Shown here piece after piece: positions 18,972 to 27,548 of a stretch of DNA of 64,000 bases (positions within the stretch are counted from its first letter, which is position 1; each line of letters begins with the position of its first letter). The stretch spans positions 1-64,000 of the forward strand of contig JAKFCT010000066.1 of assembly GCA_036676495.1 (NCBI GenBank). Reading direction: 5' to 3'. The position numbers were made by a program, and so were the translations under genes. The DNA is from Candidatus Sericytochromatia bacterium. GTDB taxonomy: Bacteria > Cyanobacteriota > Sericytochromatia > S15B-MN24 > UBA4093. The notes below the pieces were generated by a model. The model had not been told where the DNA came from and searched no databases. It saw only the letters and a program-made list of their open reading frames with translations.

Positions 18972-19247
18972 ATGATGAACCTGAAACATTTTCTTTTGGT
19001 CACTTTGACTGGGCTGATGATGGCGGGTTGCAACTCTTCTGCGCCGACCGCGACGACTCACCAAGCGACTGCCGTGACGCCTCAGACCGAAGCTCAGAGC
19101 TACTCTGTCCAGCAGTACCGCTACGGCATGCCCAGGTATGGCTCGCGCAGGAACCGATGTGCCGCGTACTGTCGGTCCAGCACCTATGGGTACTACGCGT
19201 TCCGTCGGTGCATGCAGCGATGCCAGACGGGTGGCTACTGGTTCTAA
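18972..19247 (+). CDS. Small lipoprotein with CX3C-X12-CX3C C-terminal domain
   Basis: GGAGGG RBS, lipobox MAGC, Thr/Ala linker, CAAYC...CMQRC. Confidence 0.75.
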   Translation: MMNLKHFLLVTLTGLMMAGCNSSAPTATTHQATAVTPQTEAQSYSVQQYRYGMPRYGSRRNRCAAYCRSSTYGYYAFRRCMQRCQTGGYWF

Positions 19248-19567
19248 CCTAATTGCCTAGCGGTAGCGTGGTACAAGCATTCAAGCGATTAGGTTCGACC
19301 GCTTTCCAAGAGGCCGAGTGCACCCTGGAGCAGTCGATTGGGTCCAGGAAGACGGGCCATCGACCTTGTCAAGGAGTGGGCATTCTCCGAGCGCGGAAAA
19401 GCTAGACCGCCAGCAGTTAGAAGCCCTGCCGGCGGTCGATTCTTGGTTCCTCTGCGGAGATTCAGGTCGCAGCGTCGAGATGGTTTCTCTGGTTGAGGCA
19501 CGCCTTGCCACAACGCTTCAGGGTCTCGTCCAAGCGTTGCTTCTGGCTTGACCGTCGGGCACTGGAC

Positions 19568-19972
19568 CTACCAATCTGAGTACTTGAGCACAAACGACCC
19601 CGACGCTACGAAGTTTCCCGCCTGGTCCAAACCTTGGTAGGTCCCGAGGTAGGTCTCGACACTCGCCGTGCTCGCCCGGGTGCCGGTGAACGACGCCCGA
19701 TGGAAGGAGGTCTTGTTGGTGTCGATGGCGACACTCGCGAGCGGGTTCAGTTCGAATTGGAGGGTATCGCCGGATTTGTTCCCACAGGGCAAGGACCCTT
19801 GTACCCCGGGCGAGAAGTACCTGACGACGTTCCGATCGATACGCATTTGGAATAGCAATTCGTCCGAAATGAAGGTGTACAGCCCTCCATCACCGCCCAT
19901 GGCTCTCGGTAAGAACGGGAACGAACATCCCGTAAGGCACATGGCGACCAATGCAGTTCCAAGTAGTCTCAT
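19568..19972 (-). CDS. Hypothetical lipoprotein
   Basis: MRLLGTALVAMCLTGC lipobox; beta-rich mature part. Confidence 0.6.
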   Translation of the reverse strand: MRLLGTALVAMCLTGCSFPFLPRAMGGDGGLYTFISDELLFQMRIDRNVVRYFSPGVQGSLPCGNKSGDTLQFELNPLASVAIDTNKTSFHRASFTGTRASTASVETYLGTYQGLDQAGNFVASGSFVLKYSDW

Positions 19973-20063
19973 CTGAATCCTCGCGTTCCGAGTAATCCTG
20001 CTGGCGGCTCGGCTCAGTAGCCATCTCTTGTACCAAACTCGCCGCAATGTCGCTGAGTACCGT

Positions 20064-20576
20064 TTATGGTTCCTGCCTGAGAGGCGTGTGCATCGACTGC
20101 GACATCGCGCGGTTCTTCTCTTCCGCGATCCGGTAGGCGTCCCAGGCGGCCCAAGCGGTGTAGAACACCGATGCAACGTAGTAACCGGTGACGATGTTGC
20201 TTGCTGCCCCCGCTTGCCAAGGTGGTGTCTCGCTGTAGCGGAAGCTACGCCCTCCATACAGGTAGACGTAGGACGCTGCCGTCGCCAGGAACAGGCCAAT
20301 GCTTCCTGCAGTAAAGGCAAGTCCACGCATCGGCTCACCTGCATACAGGTGCCCAGCGGACAGCAAGGGGGTAGCGAGAACGGTTGGCTGGAAGACCATC
20401 GCGTGCTGCCCCACCTCGGTTCCGATCAGGGCTCCTGCCGGAACTGCCGAAAGGGTCAGACCTGCGGCAACCCAAGGATTTTGCGATCCTGAGGCTACAG
20501 ATGTGGAAGGCCCAGAGGCGAGGACAGGGGTGGCCAGGAGCAGACTCGCCAGGGCCATGAGTGGGAAGAAACGCAT
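20064..20576 (-). CDS. Hypothetical secreted/membrane protein
   Basis: GGAGG RBS, signal peptide, NPWVA...AGHLYAGEPMRG, AAWDAY hydrophobic segments. Confidence 0.65.
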   Translation of the reverse strand: MRFFPLMALASLLLATPVLASGPSTSVASGSQNPWVAAGLTLSAVPAGALIGTEVGQHAMVFQPTVLATPLLSAGHLYAGEPMRGLAFTAGSIGLFLATAASYVYLYGGRSFRYSETPPWQAGAASNIVTGYYVASVFYTAWAAWDAYRIAEEKNRAMSQSMHTPLRQEP

Positions 20577-20936
20577 AGAACCTCCGATCCGAACCATCGC
20601 GACTTCTTCAAGATCTTCGGCGCTGATGGCACATGACTTGTCTTTACTCCGCTGGTGAGTACTCGAACTTGCTGGGATAGGCCTTGCGGAGGTTGTCCAG
20701 CGGGCAAAGCCGTCGATCCAGCAAACCCGCGAGGACTTGAAGGCGGGGCTCGACGTAGGGGCCATCTCGCGTGACTTCAACGACAAGTGGTGGTTCGATG
20801 CCAGCGAAGCTGGGGGTATTGGACTGAGGACCAGCCGCAGCATCGGGCAAGTGGACATCTGATCGCGCGTTCGAAGTCTGTCTTGGCGCCTGTTGCGTCG
20901 GAAAGTGCGGTCGCACGGTCGCAGCTAGCGCGCACG

Positions 20937-20965
20937 AAAAGGGCGCCGCGTTGTCGCGGCGCCCT
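20937..20965 (-). terminator. Rho-independent terminator after DUF2249 gene
   Basis: AGGGCGCCGCG-TTGT-CGCGGCGCCCT with A-tract on the left. Confidence 0.75.
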
Positions 20966-20985
20966 CCTTCGATCCGGAAGCGGAG

Positions 20986-21222
20986 CTAGATCTTGCCGAT
21001 CTCGATCCGCCACTCCTCGGGACCTTCCATCACGGGGGTCCAGGTGAACTGGCCGGGCCGCTCGAACTGGAACTGGTAGTTCAGCGGGGCCGGGTTATGA
21101 TCGTTGACCAGCACCATCTTCTCGCCCGAGGCGAGGCCGTCGAAGGTCTTGAAGATGGTGGGGTGCTTTTCGCGGGGAACCATGGGACGAACGTCGACGA
21201 CGACGGGAGTAGACTGCGTCAT
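20986..21222 (-). CDS. DUF2249-domain protein
   Basis: VDVRPMVPREKHPTIF...LVNDHNPAPL...EGPEEWRIEI. Confidence 0.9.
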   Translation of the reverse strand: MTQSTPVVVDVRPMVPREKHPTIFKTFDGLASGEKMVLVNDHNPAPLNYQFQFERPGQFTWTPVMEGPEEWRIEIGKI

Positions 21223-21260
21223 GAGATTTCCTTTCTGAGTGGGGCGGGATTTCGTTATCC

Positions 21261-21302
21261 AGGTTAACCAATTGAGCGCCCCCTGTCCTTGAGCCACCTC
21301 AG
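21261..21302 (-). promoter_or_regulatory. Motif A box plus -10 for DUF2249 gene
   Basis: TTGAG-CCAC-CTCAG 21289-21302; minus-strand TAACCT 21266-21261. Confidence 0.75.
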
Positions 21303-21313
21303 ATTCGGAACGA

Positions 21314-22120
21314 TCATGGCTTTCGGGCGACGATGGCGATCGCCCCCATCTGTCCCATGTGCCGCCTGAAGACCGCGCGCATCTCCAGCACCCGCTTCAG
21401 GGCGTCGCGATCCCTCAGGACGTTCCACACGAAGCGCAGGGTGCCCCCGAGGCCCTCGTCCCTCACGAAGCGCCCCAGCTCCAGGAGGTGCATCGGAGCC
21501 GTGGAGACGGAGGCAATCACGAAGCCTTCGCCTTCCAGCAGCGCGCGCCACTCCTGGGCGGTCAAGGGTCGCGCGCCCACGTGAATCGTGGCGGAGAGGT
21601 CCTTCTGAATCTCTTGCTTGAGGCTTTCAGGGACGTCGTCCGGGGAGAGGCTCATCTCGTGGATCCCGTAGCGGCCCCCGGGCTGGAGACAGCGGTACGC
21701 CTCGGCGATGATCCGGCGCTTCATCGCATCCGGCTGCATGGTCAGCATGGCCTCTCCGTAGAAGACGGTGGCCTCGCCCTCACTCAGGCCGGTTTCATGC
21801 GCCTGCCCCAAGACGGCGCGCTGGGCGCTTCCCTTCAAGATTCGCCTCACCTGGGCCACGGCGGCCTCGTCGCGGTCGATGGCGACGTAGCTGGCTGGCT
21901 GCTTGGCCAGGGTGAGGGCCGCGGTGGCGCCCATGCCGGGAGCGACCTCCACCACCCGGTCCTGGGGCCCGATCGACAGGCCTTCGAGCATGCGATGGGT
22001 CAGCTCGAGGCCGCCAGGCCGCAGGACCCGTTTGCCGAGCCGGGCGAGCAACCAGTGGCCGGGCATGCGGAGGGTATCCAGGTCGGCGCCCGGCATCGGG
22101 CAATCGTGGTGACTGATCAT
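21314..22120 (-). CDS. Class I SAM-dependent methyltransferase
   Basis: PGHWLLARLGKRVLRPGG, VVEVAPGMG, GEAMLTMQ, LQPGGRYGIHE. Confidence 0.88.
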   Translation of the reverse strand: MISHHDCPMPGADLDTLRMPGHWLLARLGKRVLRPGGLELTHRMLEGLSIGPQDRVVEVAPGMGATAALTLAKQPASYVAIDRDEAAVAQVRRILKGSAQRAVLGQAHETGLSEGEATVFYGEAMLTMQPDAMKRRIIAEAYRCLQPGGRYGIHEMSLSPDDVPESLKQEIQKDLSATIHVGARPLTAQEWRALLEGEGFVIASVSTAPMHLLELGRFVRDEGLGGTLRFVWNVLRDRDALKRVLEMRAVFRRHMGQMGAIAIVARKP

Positions 22121-22180
22121 GGCGTCCTCTTTCATCGTCCCGGCCGCGGCCGGAAGAAGGGCGGCCTCGCAAGGCACTAG

Positions 22181-22236
22181 ATGAGAATGATTCTCATGAT
22201 AGCGATCCCCCTTCCGATGAAAATGAGCCACCTCAT
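22181..22236 (-). promoter_or_regulatory. Motif A box, -10 and overlapping Fur-like 7-1-7 box
   Basis: ATGAG-CCAC-CTCAT 22223-22236; TATCAT 22201-22196; perfect ATGAGAAT-G-ATTCTCAT 22181-22197. Confidence 0.72.
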
Positions 22237-22260
22237 CTCCCGGTTTGTCCGCAGCCAACG

Positions 22261-22287
22261 AAAAGGGCGCCGGCATCGCCGGCGCCC
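22261..22287 (-). terminator. Terminator of nirK operon
   Basis: AAAA-GGGCGCCGGC-ATC-GCCGGCGCCC. Confidence 0.75.
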
Positions 22288-22301
22288 ACGTATGAGGTCG
22301 T

Positions 22302-22544
22302 TTACTTGGTGGTCTTGGCCGGAGCCGCGCTCTTGGCCTTGGCCGGGGCCTTCTGGGACGGGGTGGTGGAGACCTTGGCGGAATCCGAGGCCGTGGCCGG
22401 AATCAACGGGTTCTTACGGCCGATGATCTGGCTCCAGGCTTTGTCCTCTCGCTCGGAGCCGTGCATGATGCAGTTGGGGCAGGCCATGGCGGCGGTGGGG
22501 ATCAAGAGGGCCGCGGCGATGGCGGTGGGAATCAAGAAGCGCAT
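22302..22544 (-). CDS. Small secreted protein with CPNC-IMH motif
   Basis: GAGGAGG RBS, signal peptide ending AMA then CPNCIMH, Lys/Ala/Pro tail. Confidence 0.75.
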   Translation of the reverse strand: MRFLIPTAIAAALLIPTAAMACPNCIMHGSEREDKAWSQIIGRKNPLIPATASDSAKVSTTPSQKAPAKAKSAAPAKTTK

Positions 22545-22571
22545 GGGAAACCTCCTCGTTTGCGTGATGCG

Positions 22572-23645
22572 TTAGTGCGCGGCCGTGGTCTGGGGGCCCT
22601 TGCCGTCGGTGGCGTCGATGAAGCCCACCGCGCCCAGGCTGGCATCGGCGAACTCGTGGTCCACGATGGCGTACTTGCCGGCTTCGGGGATGACGAACTC
22701 GATCACCGCCCCGTTCGACGAGCCCAGCAGGACCGTCTGCAAGCCGCGCTGGAGGTTCTTGGGGTTGCCATCCATGTAGACCTTGTCGAAGATGGTGCCG
22801 ACCACGTGGAAGCTCGTCGTGTCGGTGGGGCCCACGTTCATCACGTAGAGCCGGACCCGCTCGCCGGGCTTCGCCTTCAAGGGGTTGTTGACCAGGGCGC
22901 CGACCCGACCGTTGAAGGTGACGTGCGACGGGCTCTTCGATAGGGCCGACTCCACGTCCGAGACCAGCAGGTTGGGGTTCTTCGGATCCTTGGGCTTGGT
23001 GTAGTACTCCGACTGGACGATGACGTACTCCCGGTCGACCTTGTCGGGATAGCCCTCGGCGGGATCCACCACCACCGCTCCGTACATGCCCATCACCATG
23101 TGGTGGAGGAGCATCGGGGTGCCGCAGTGGTACATGAAGACGCCGGGGTAGTTCGCGGTCCATTCGAAGGTGATGGTCTGGCCGGCGCCGATGGTCCGGT
23201 ACTTGTCGAGCGGGTTGACCATCGCGGAGTGGAAGTCGATCGAGTGGGGCATCGGGAAGGTCACGGTCGCGTCGTCACCCGAGCGGTTGGTCATGGTGAA
23301 GACGACTTTGTCCCCTTGCCGGACGTGGACGGTCGGCCCCGGAATGCTGTCGCCGAAGGTCCAGCCCTCGAACATCACGCCGTCGTCGATCTCGACGGTC
23401 TTGTGGGTCAGGTCGAGCCGCACGTGGTGCGTCTTGGTGTTGGGGACCTTCTTGATCTCGGGGACCTGCGTGACGGCGCTGCCGCCCTCGACGTAGGCTC
23501 CCTTGTAGGGCACGTTCGACACCTTGGATTCGGGAGATCCGTAAACCATCTGGAAACTGCCGGGCTTGGCGAACGTGTAGGTCGCCGTGCTGACCAGGGC
23601 GAGTCCGAGGAAGGCGGTGGTGAGGAGGGCGGGCTTTCCAATCAT
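22572..23645 (-). CDS. nirK: Copper-containing nitrite reductase
   Basis: PHSIDFH, YHC-x8-H-x4-M, SFHVVG and VDH: all type 1/type 2 Cu ligands and catalytic Asp/His. Confidence 0.88.
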   Translation of the reverse strand: MIGKPALLTTAFLGLALVSTATYTFAKPGSFQMVYGSPESKVSNVPYKGAYVEGGSAVTQVPEIKKVPNTKTHHVRLDLTHKTVEIDDGVMFEGWTFGDSIPGPTVHVRQGDKVVFTMTNRSGDDATVTFPMPHSIDFHSAMVNPLDKYRTIGAGQTITFEWTANYPGVFMYHCGTPMLLHHMVMGMYGAVVVDPAEGYPDKVDREYVIVQSEYYTKPKDPKNPNLLVSDVESALSKSPSHVTFNGRVGALVNNPLKAKPGERVRLYVMNVGPTDTTSFHVVGTIFDKVYMDGNPKNLQRGLQTVLLGSSNGAVIEFVIPEAGKYAIVDHEFADASLGAVGFIDATDGKGPQTTAAH

Positions 23646-23688
23646 GGCGAACCTCTTTCAGGGTGGGGGCGTGTCCTTTGCTGTCCTC

Positions 23689-23746
23689 ACCCTAACGGAC
23701 TAGTCCAGGCTAGTCCTTGAGGTTTCTCATATCCGGGAAAGTTAGG
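23689..23746 (-). promoter_or_regulatory. nirK promoter with abutting motif B and motif A
   Basis: TTGAG-GTTT-CTCAT 23717-23730; ATCCGGGAAAGTTAGG 23731-23746; minus-strand TAGGGT 23694-23689. Confidence 0.72.
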
Positions 23747-23759
23747 TAATTTCCCGATC

Positions 23760-24479
23760 CTAGCCCTCCAAGAGCTCTTTTTCGAGGCCCTCACGGTCGA
23801 GGATCGTGAGGATCCCCCCGCGCTGATAGGTGAGGAGGCCGGGGTCGTGGCTCCACTCGCGGATGAGCCTCACGCACTCCTCGTAGGTGATGCCGACCAT
23901 GCGGGACATGACGGCATGGGGCAGGCGGGTCTTGAGGCGAATGCCTCCCCCCGGGACGGGAATTCCGCCCCCGCGCTCGAGCGTGCGCAGGAGGAGCGCC
24001 GCGAGCCGGATCCGGGCGCGCTCCGAGGCCACCGTGTGCAGGGTCTCCTGAAGGTCCTTCAAGCGCTGGGCGAAGGCGCCCAGCAGCTTGATGGCCATCA
24101 GGGGGTAGCGCGTGAGGTGGGCCTGGAAATCCTCGAGGGCGATCTCGAGGACCACGGTGTCAACGGTGGCCGTGACGGTCGCCGGCGCCAACCTCCGGTC
24201 GAAGAGGGCGGCGACGGCGAAGACCTCGCCCGGCCGAATCAGCCGGACGATGGTCTCCTTGCCGCTGGCGGCGGATTTGTGGATTTGCAGTTGGCCGCTG
24301 CAGACGAAGCGAAGCTTCGCCGCCAGCGGCTCGCGCTCGTGGAAGAGCACCTCACCGGCCGCGTAGGTGCGGCAGGAGCTGCGCTCGTCGAGTTCGCGCA
24401 GCTCCTTGGCGTCGAGGCCGCGGAAGAACTCGAGTTCATGCAGGCTGCATGCCGGGGCTTTGGCTGCCTTGGCGGCCAT
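23760..24479 (-). CDS. Crp/Fnr-family regulator (paralog 2, Dnr/NnrR-like role)
   Basis: Strongly similar to 15499-16197, identical MVGITYEECVRLIREW helix; directly downstream of qNOR. Confidence 0.92.
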   Translation of the reverse strand: MAAKAAKAPACSLHELEFFRGLDAKELRELDERSSCRTYAAGEVLFHEREPLAAKLRFVCSGQLQIHKSAASGKETIVRLIRPGEVFAVAALFDRRLAPATVTATVDTVVLEIALEDFQAHLTRYPLMAIKLLGAFAQRLKDLQETLHTVASERARIRLAALLLRTLERGGGIPVPGGGIRLKTRLPHAVMSRMVGITYEECVRLIREWSHDPGLLTYQRGGILTILDREGLEKELLEG

Positions 24480-24489
24480 CCCCGCCCCC

Positions 24490-26784
24490 CTACTGCTTCG
24501 TGACCGTGGGAGGCTCGGCGTAGGGCTCCTGGCGCTTGCTCAGCGACCAGCCGAACTTGAGCCCGAAGACGAACCAGCCGAGCGCGAGCGCGCCGATGGC
24601 GAAGAGGGTGTCTCCGACCACCCGCAGCCAGCGCAGGGTGTCCATGAGACCGGTCTGGGTGAACTCCGCCGAACGGGCGTACCAGTAGCCCTGATCCACG
24701 CTGGCCCAGGTCTGTATCAGGCCGATGGGCAGGAGGCTGAGGAGGACCATCAGGGCGAGGCCGAGGTTGATGCTCCAGAACGAGAATGCGAGCACTTTCG
24801 TATGCCACTGGTGGTGCGTGGCCAGCCCCTTGAGGCAGAAGAGCATCAGGCCGAGCCCCAGCATGCCGTAGACCCCGAAGAGGGCGGTATGCCCGTGGAC
24901 CGGGGTGGTGTTGAGCCCCTGCATGTAGTAGAGGGCGATGGGAGGGTTGATGAAGAACCCGAAGAGCCCAGCGCCGACCAGGTTCCAGAACGCCACCGCG
25001 ATGAAGAAGTAGATGGGCCATTTATAGGCGGCGACCCAGGGGCGGGCGTAGGCGTGGGTGTAGTGCTCGTAGGCTTCGAAGCCGATCAGCACCAGCGGGA
25101 CGACCTCGAGCGCGCTGAAGGTGGCTCCCAGGGCCAGGACCGGCAGGGTCGTGCCGCTGAAGTAGAGGTGGTGGAAGGTGCCGAGGATGCCGCCGAAGAG
25201 GAAGATGACCGTCGAGAAGAGCACGGCCTTGGCGGCGGTGGACGAGCGGATCAGGCCCATGCGGGTGAAGAGGAAGGCGATGACGGTGGTGGCGAAGACC
25301 TCGAAGAAGCCCTCCACCCAGAGGTGAACGACCCACCAGCGCCAGTACTCGGCGATGGCGAGGTTGGTCTCGCGGCCCCACATGACGCCGGCGCCCCAGA
25401 AGAGGGCGATCGCCGCCGAGGCCACCAGGAACAATCCCAGCAGGTTGCGGTTCTCGTTGGGGTTCTTGAAGGCGGGCCACATGGCGCGCGTCATCAGCCC
25501 CAGCCAGATGAAGAGGCCCGCCCAGAGGAAGAGCTGCCAGAAACGGCCCATGTCGACGTACTCGTAGCCCATGTGTCCGAACCAGAAGTTCTGGTCGAAG
25601 CTCAAGACCTGCTGCACGCCCAGCCATTGCCCGAAGAGGCTGCCGACCACGATGACGACCAGGGCCACGAAGAGGACGTTCACGCCGAGGCGCTGGAACT
25701 TCGGCTCGTAGCCCGAGACCGCGGGAGCGATGAACAGGCCGGTCGCCAGCCAGGTCGTGGCGATCCAGAGGATTCCCAGCTGCAGGTGCCAGGTGCGAGC
25801 GACCGAGTAAGGGAGCCATTTATCGAGCGGGATGCCGTAGAGGCCCCCGCCCTCGACCCCGTAGTGGGCCGTCACGACGCCGAGCAAGACCTGGATCATC
25901 CAGAGCGCGCCCGCCACCCAGAAGTACTTGAGGGTGGCGCGCATGGAGGGCGTGGGTTTCAGCGCGAGCAAGGGATCCCGCTCGGGGTACTCGGGGTGGA
26001 TTTCCCTTCCGCGCTCGGGCCGCTGGGCCGCATAGAACCATGCCAGGGCGCCGATGCCCGCCAGCAAGAGCACGAAGCTGATGACGGACCAGAGCACGAC
26101 CGAGCCCGTGGCGACGTTGCCGACCAGGGCCTCAGGAGGCCAGTTATGGGTGTAGGAGACGGTTTCGCCGGGACGGTTGGTGACGGTGGCCCAGGTGGCC
26201 CAGAAGAAGAAGGCGTTCATCATGCGGAGCCGTTCCGGGTCCTTGATGGTGTTGGCGGGGATGGCGTAGGCGTCCCGCAGCTCGGCCATGCCGGGGTCGT
26301 TGCCGAAGAGGCGGGTGTAGTGGTCGGAGACGGCGGCGATGGCCTGCGCGCGCAGCGGCGAGATCGTGAGCGTGCCGGTCGCCGGATCGTAGGTGTTGGT
26401 CCTCAGCTCCTGCTGGAGACGGGCCCGCAGGGCCGCCTGCTGCTCGGGATTGAGCTGCGCGTAGGGAAGCCCGAAGTCCCGCGTCGCCCATTGATCCAGG
26501 ATCCAGACGGCTTCCCGGTGCAGCCAATCCGCCGTCCAGTCGGGAGCGGTGTAGCCGCCGTGCCCCCAGACCGAGCCGACTTCCTGGCCGCCCATGGACT
26601 GCCAGACGTTCTGGCCGTTCGTGATGTCCGCGCGCGTGTAGAGTTGCCGGCCGTCCGTGGTGACGACCCGCTCGGGGAGGGGAGGCGCCACCTGGTAGAT
26701 CTCCCAGCCGTAGTAACCGAGCACGGCGAACGAGGCCACGATGACCCCGATGAGCCATGCCCAATACCGTCGGAAGCCCATCAC
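24490..26784 (-). CDS. norZ: Quinol-dependent nitric oxide reductase (qNOR)
   Basis: GSVWGHGGYTAPDWTADWLH, RTWHLQ, WWVVHLWVEGFFE, GTFHH, HGH, RVVGD. Confidence 0.96.
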   Translation of the reverse strand: MMGFRRYWAWLIGVIVASFAVLGYYGWEIYQVAPPLPERVVTTDGRQLYTRADITNGQNVWQSMGGQEVGSVWGHGGYTAPDWTADWLHREAVWILDQWATRDFGLPYAQLNPEQQAALRARLQQELRTNTYDPATGTLTISPLRAQAIAAVSDHYTRLFGNDPGMAELRDAYAIPANTIKDPERLRMMNAFFFWATWATVTNRPGETVSYTHNWPPEALVGNVATGSVVLWSVISFVLLLAGIGALAWFYAAQRPERGREIHPEYPERDPLLALKPTPSMRATLKYFWVAGALWMIQVLLGVVTAHYGVEGGGLYGIPLDKWLPYSVARTWHLQLGILWIATTWLATGLFIAPAVSGYEPKFQRLGVNVLFVALVVIVVGSLFGQWLGVQQVLSFDQNFWFGHMGYEYVDMGRFWQLFLWAGLFIWLGLMTRAMWPAFKNPNENRNLLGLFLVASAAIALFWGAGVMWGRETNLAIAEYWRWWVVHLWVEGFFEVFATTVIAFLFTRMGLIRSSTAAKAVLFSTVIFLFGGILGTFHHLYFSGTTLPVLALGATFSALEVVPLVLIGFEAYEHYTHAYARPWVAAYKWPIYFFIAVAFWNLVGAGLFGFFINPPIALYYMQGLNTTPVHGHTALFGVYGMLGLGLMLFCLKGLATHHQWHTKVLAFSFWSINLGLALMVLLSLLPIGLIQTWASVDQGYWYARSAEFTQTGLMDTLRWLRVVGDTLFAIGALALGWFVFGLKFGWSLSKRQEPYAEPPTVTKQ

Positions 26785-26917
26785 GACCTTCCCTTCCTAT
26801 CGCCCGCGTGACGCCGGAGCGGGAGTTCCGCGTCCCGCCTCCCATCTAAGAGCCCTTCTCCCCGCTTGGGAGTGGTCAGCTCCGCCAAAGGAGTCCCGAT
26901 TCTCTTGGCGTCAACTC

Positions 26918-26977
26918 CGTAATTTTCCGCAGAGTATGAGCCCCCTCATACCCTCCGATCCCCGACGAGCCTATGCT
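26918..26977 (+). promoter_or_regulatory. Motif B-like site, motif A and -10 for the DUF1858 operon
   Basis: CGTAATTTTCCGCAGA 26918-26933; ATGAG-CCCC-CTCAT 26936-26949; TATGCT 26972-26977. Confidence 0.75.
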
Positions 26978-27006
26978 CAGGACAAGAACTTCAAAAGGAG
27001 GACTCC

Positions 27007-27546
27007 ATGGCGATTCCCATCACCGCCGATATGAAGGTCAACGAGGTCTTGACCCGTTTCCCCCAGACCCTCGACGTCTTCGTGAGCCACGGCTTCAAGC
27101 CGCTCGCGAATCCGTTGATGCGCCGCACCTTCGCGCATCTGGTCAGCATCAAGGGCGCCACCCAGATGCATCACTGGGAGCCGGAGCGCCTCGCGGGCTT
27201 CCTCAACGAACTCAACGCCCGGGCCGCCATGGGTGGCCCGATCCCCGACGAACCGGCCGCGAGCGCCGAGGGCCCCCTCTACGACGTCCGCGACGTCGAC
27301 GGCCTCAAGGCCCAGGGGATCCTGGTCACCCCCGAGGTGATCCACGTCGACAACCGCGGCCTCGAGCCCCCCGAACCCATGGTCCGGATCCTCGCCATCG
27401 TCCAGCAACTCGCCCCCGGCCAGCGCATGGAGGCCCTCAACGAGCGCCGTCCCATGCTGCTGTATCCCAAGATCGAAGAGCTGGGCCTGGAGCACGAGAC
27501 CTCGGAACTGCCCGACGGCGGCTATCGCATCACGGTGAGGAAGTAG
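27007..27546 (+). CDS. DUF1858 + DUF2249 domain protein
   Basis: ITADMKVNEVL..FP..LDVFVSHGF N-domain; DNRGLEPPEPMVRIL...RRPMLLYP C-domain. Confidence 0.85.
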   Translation: MAIPITADMKVNEVLTRFPQTLDVFVSHGFKPLANPLMRRTFAHLVSIKGATQMHHWEPERLAGFLNELNARAAMGGPIPDEPAASAEGPLYDVRDVDGLKAQGILVTPEVIHVDNRGLEPPEPMVRILAIVQQLAPGQRMEALNERRPMLLYPKIEELGLEHETSELPDGGYRITVRK

Positions 27547-27548
27547 CC

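Noticed and set aside
22478-22538. 30-bp period duplication (LIPTA twice)
   Set aside because: Within a signal peptide; no evident function
24490-26784. qNOR as a possible NO dismutase (NOD)
   Set aside because: FeB ligands and glutamates (HLWVEGFFE, HH) and quinol-site residues are canonical
26785-26915. Motif A promoter for qNOR
   Set aside because: No convincing box with class II -10 on the minus strand; qNOR control left unresolved
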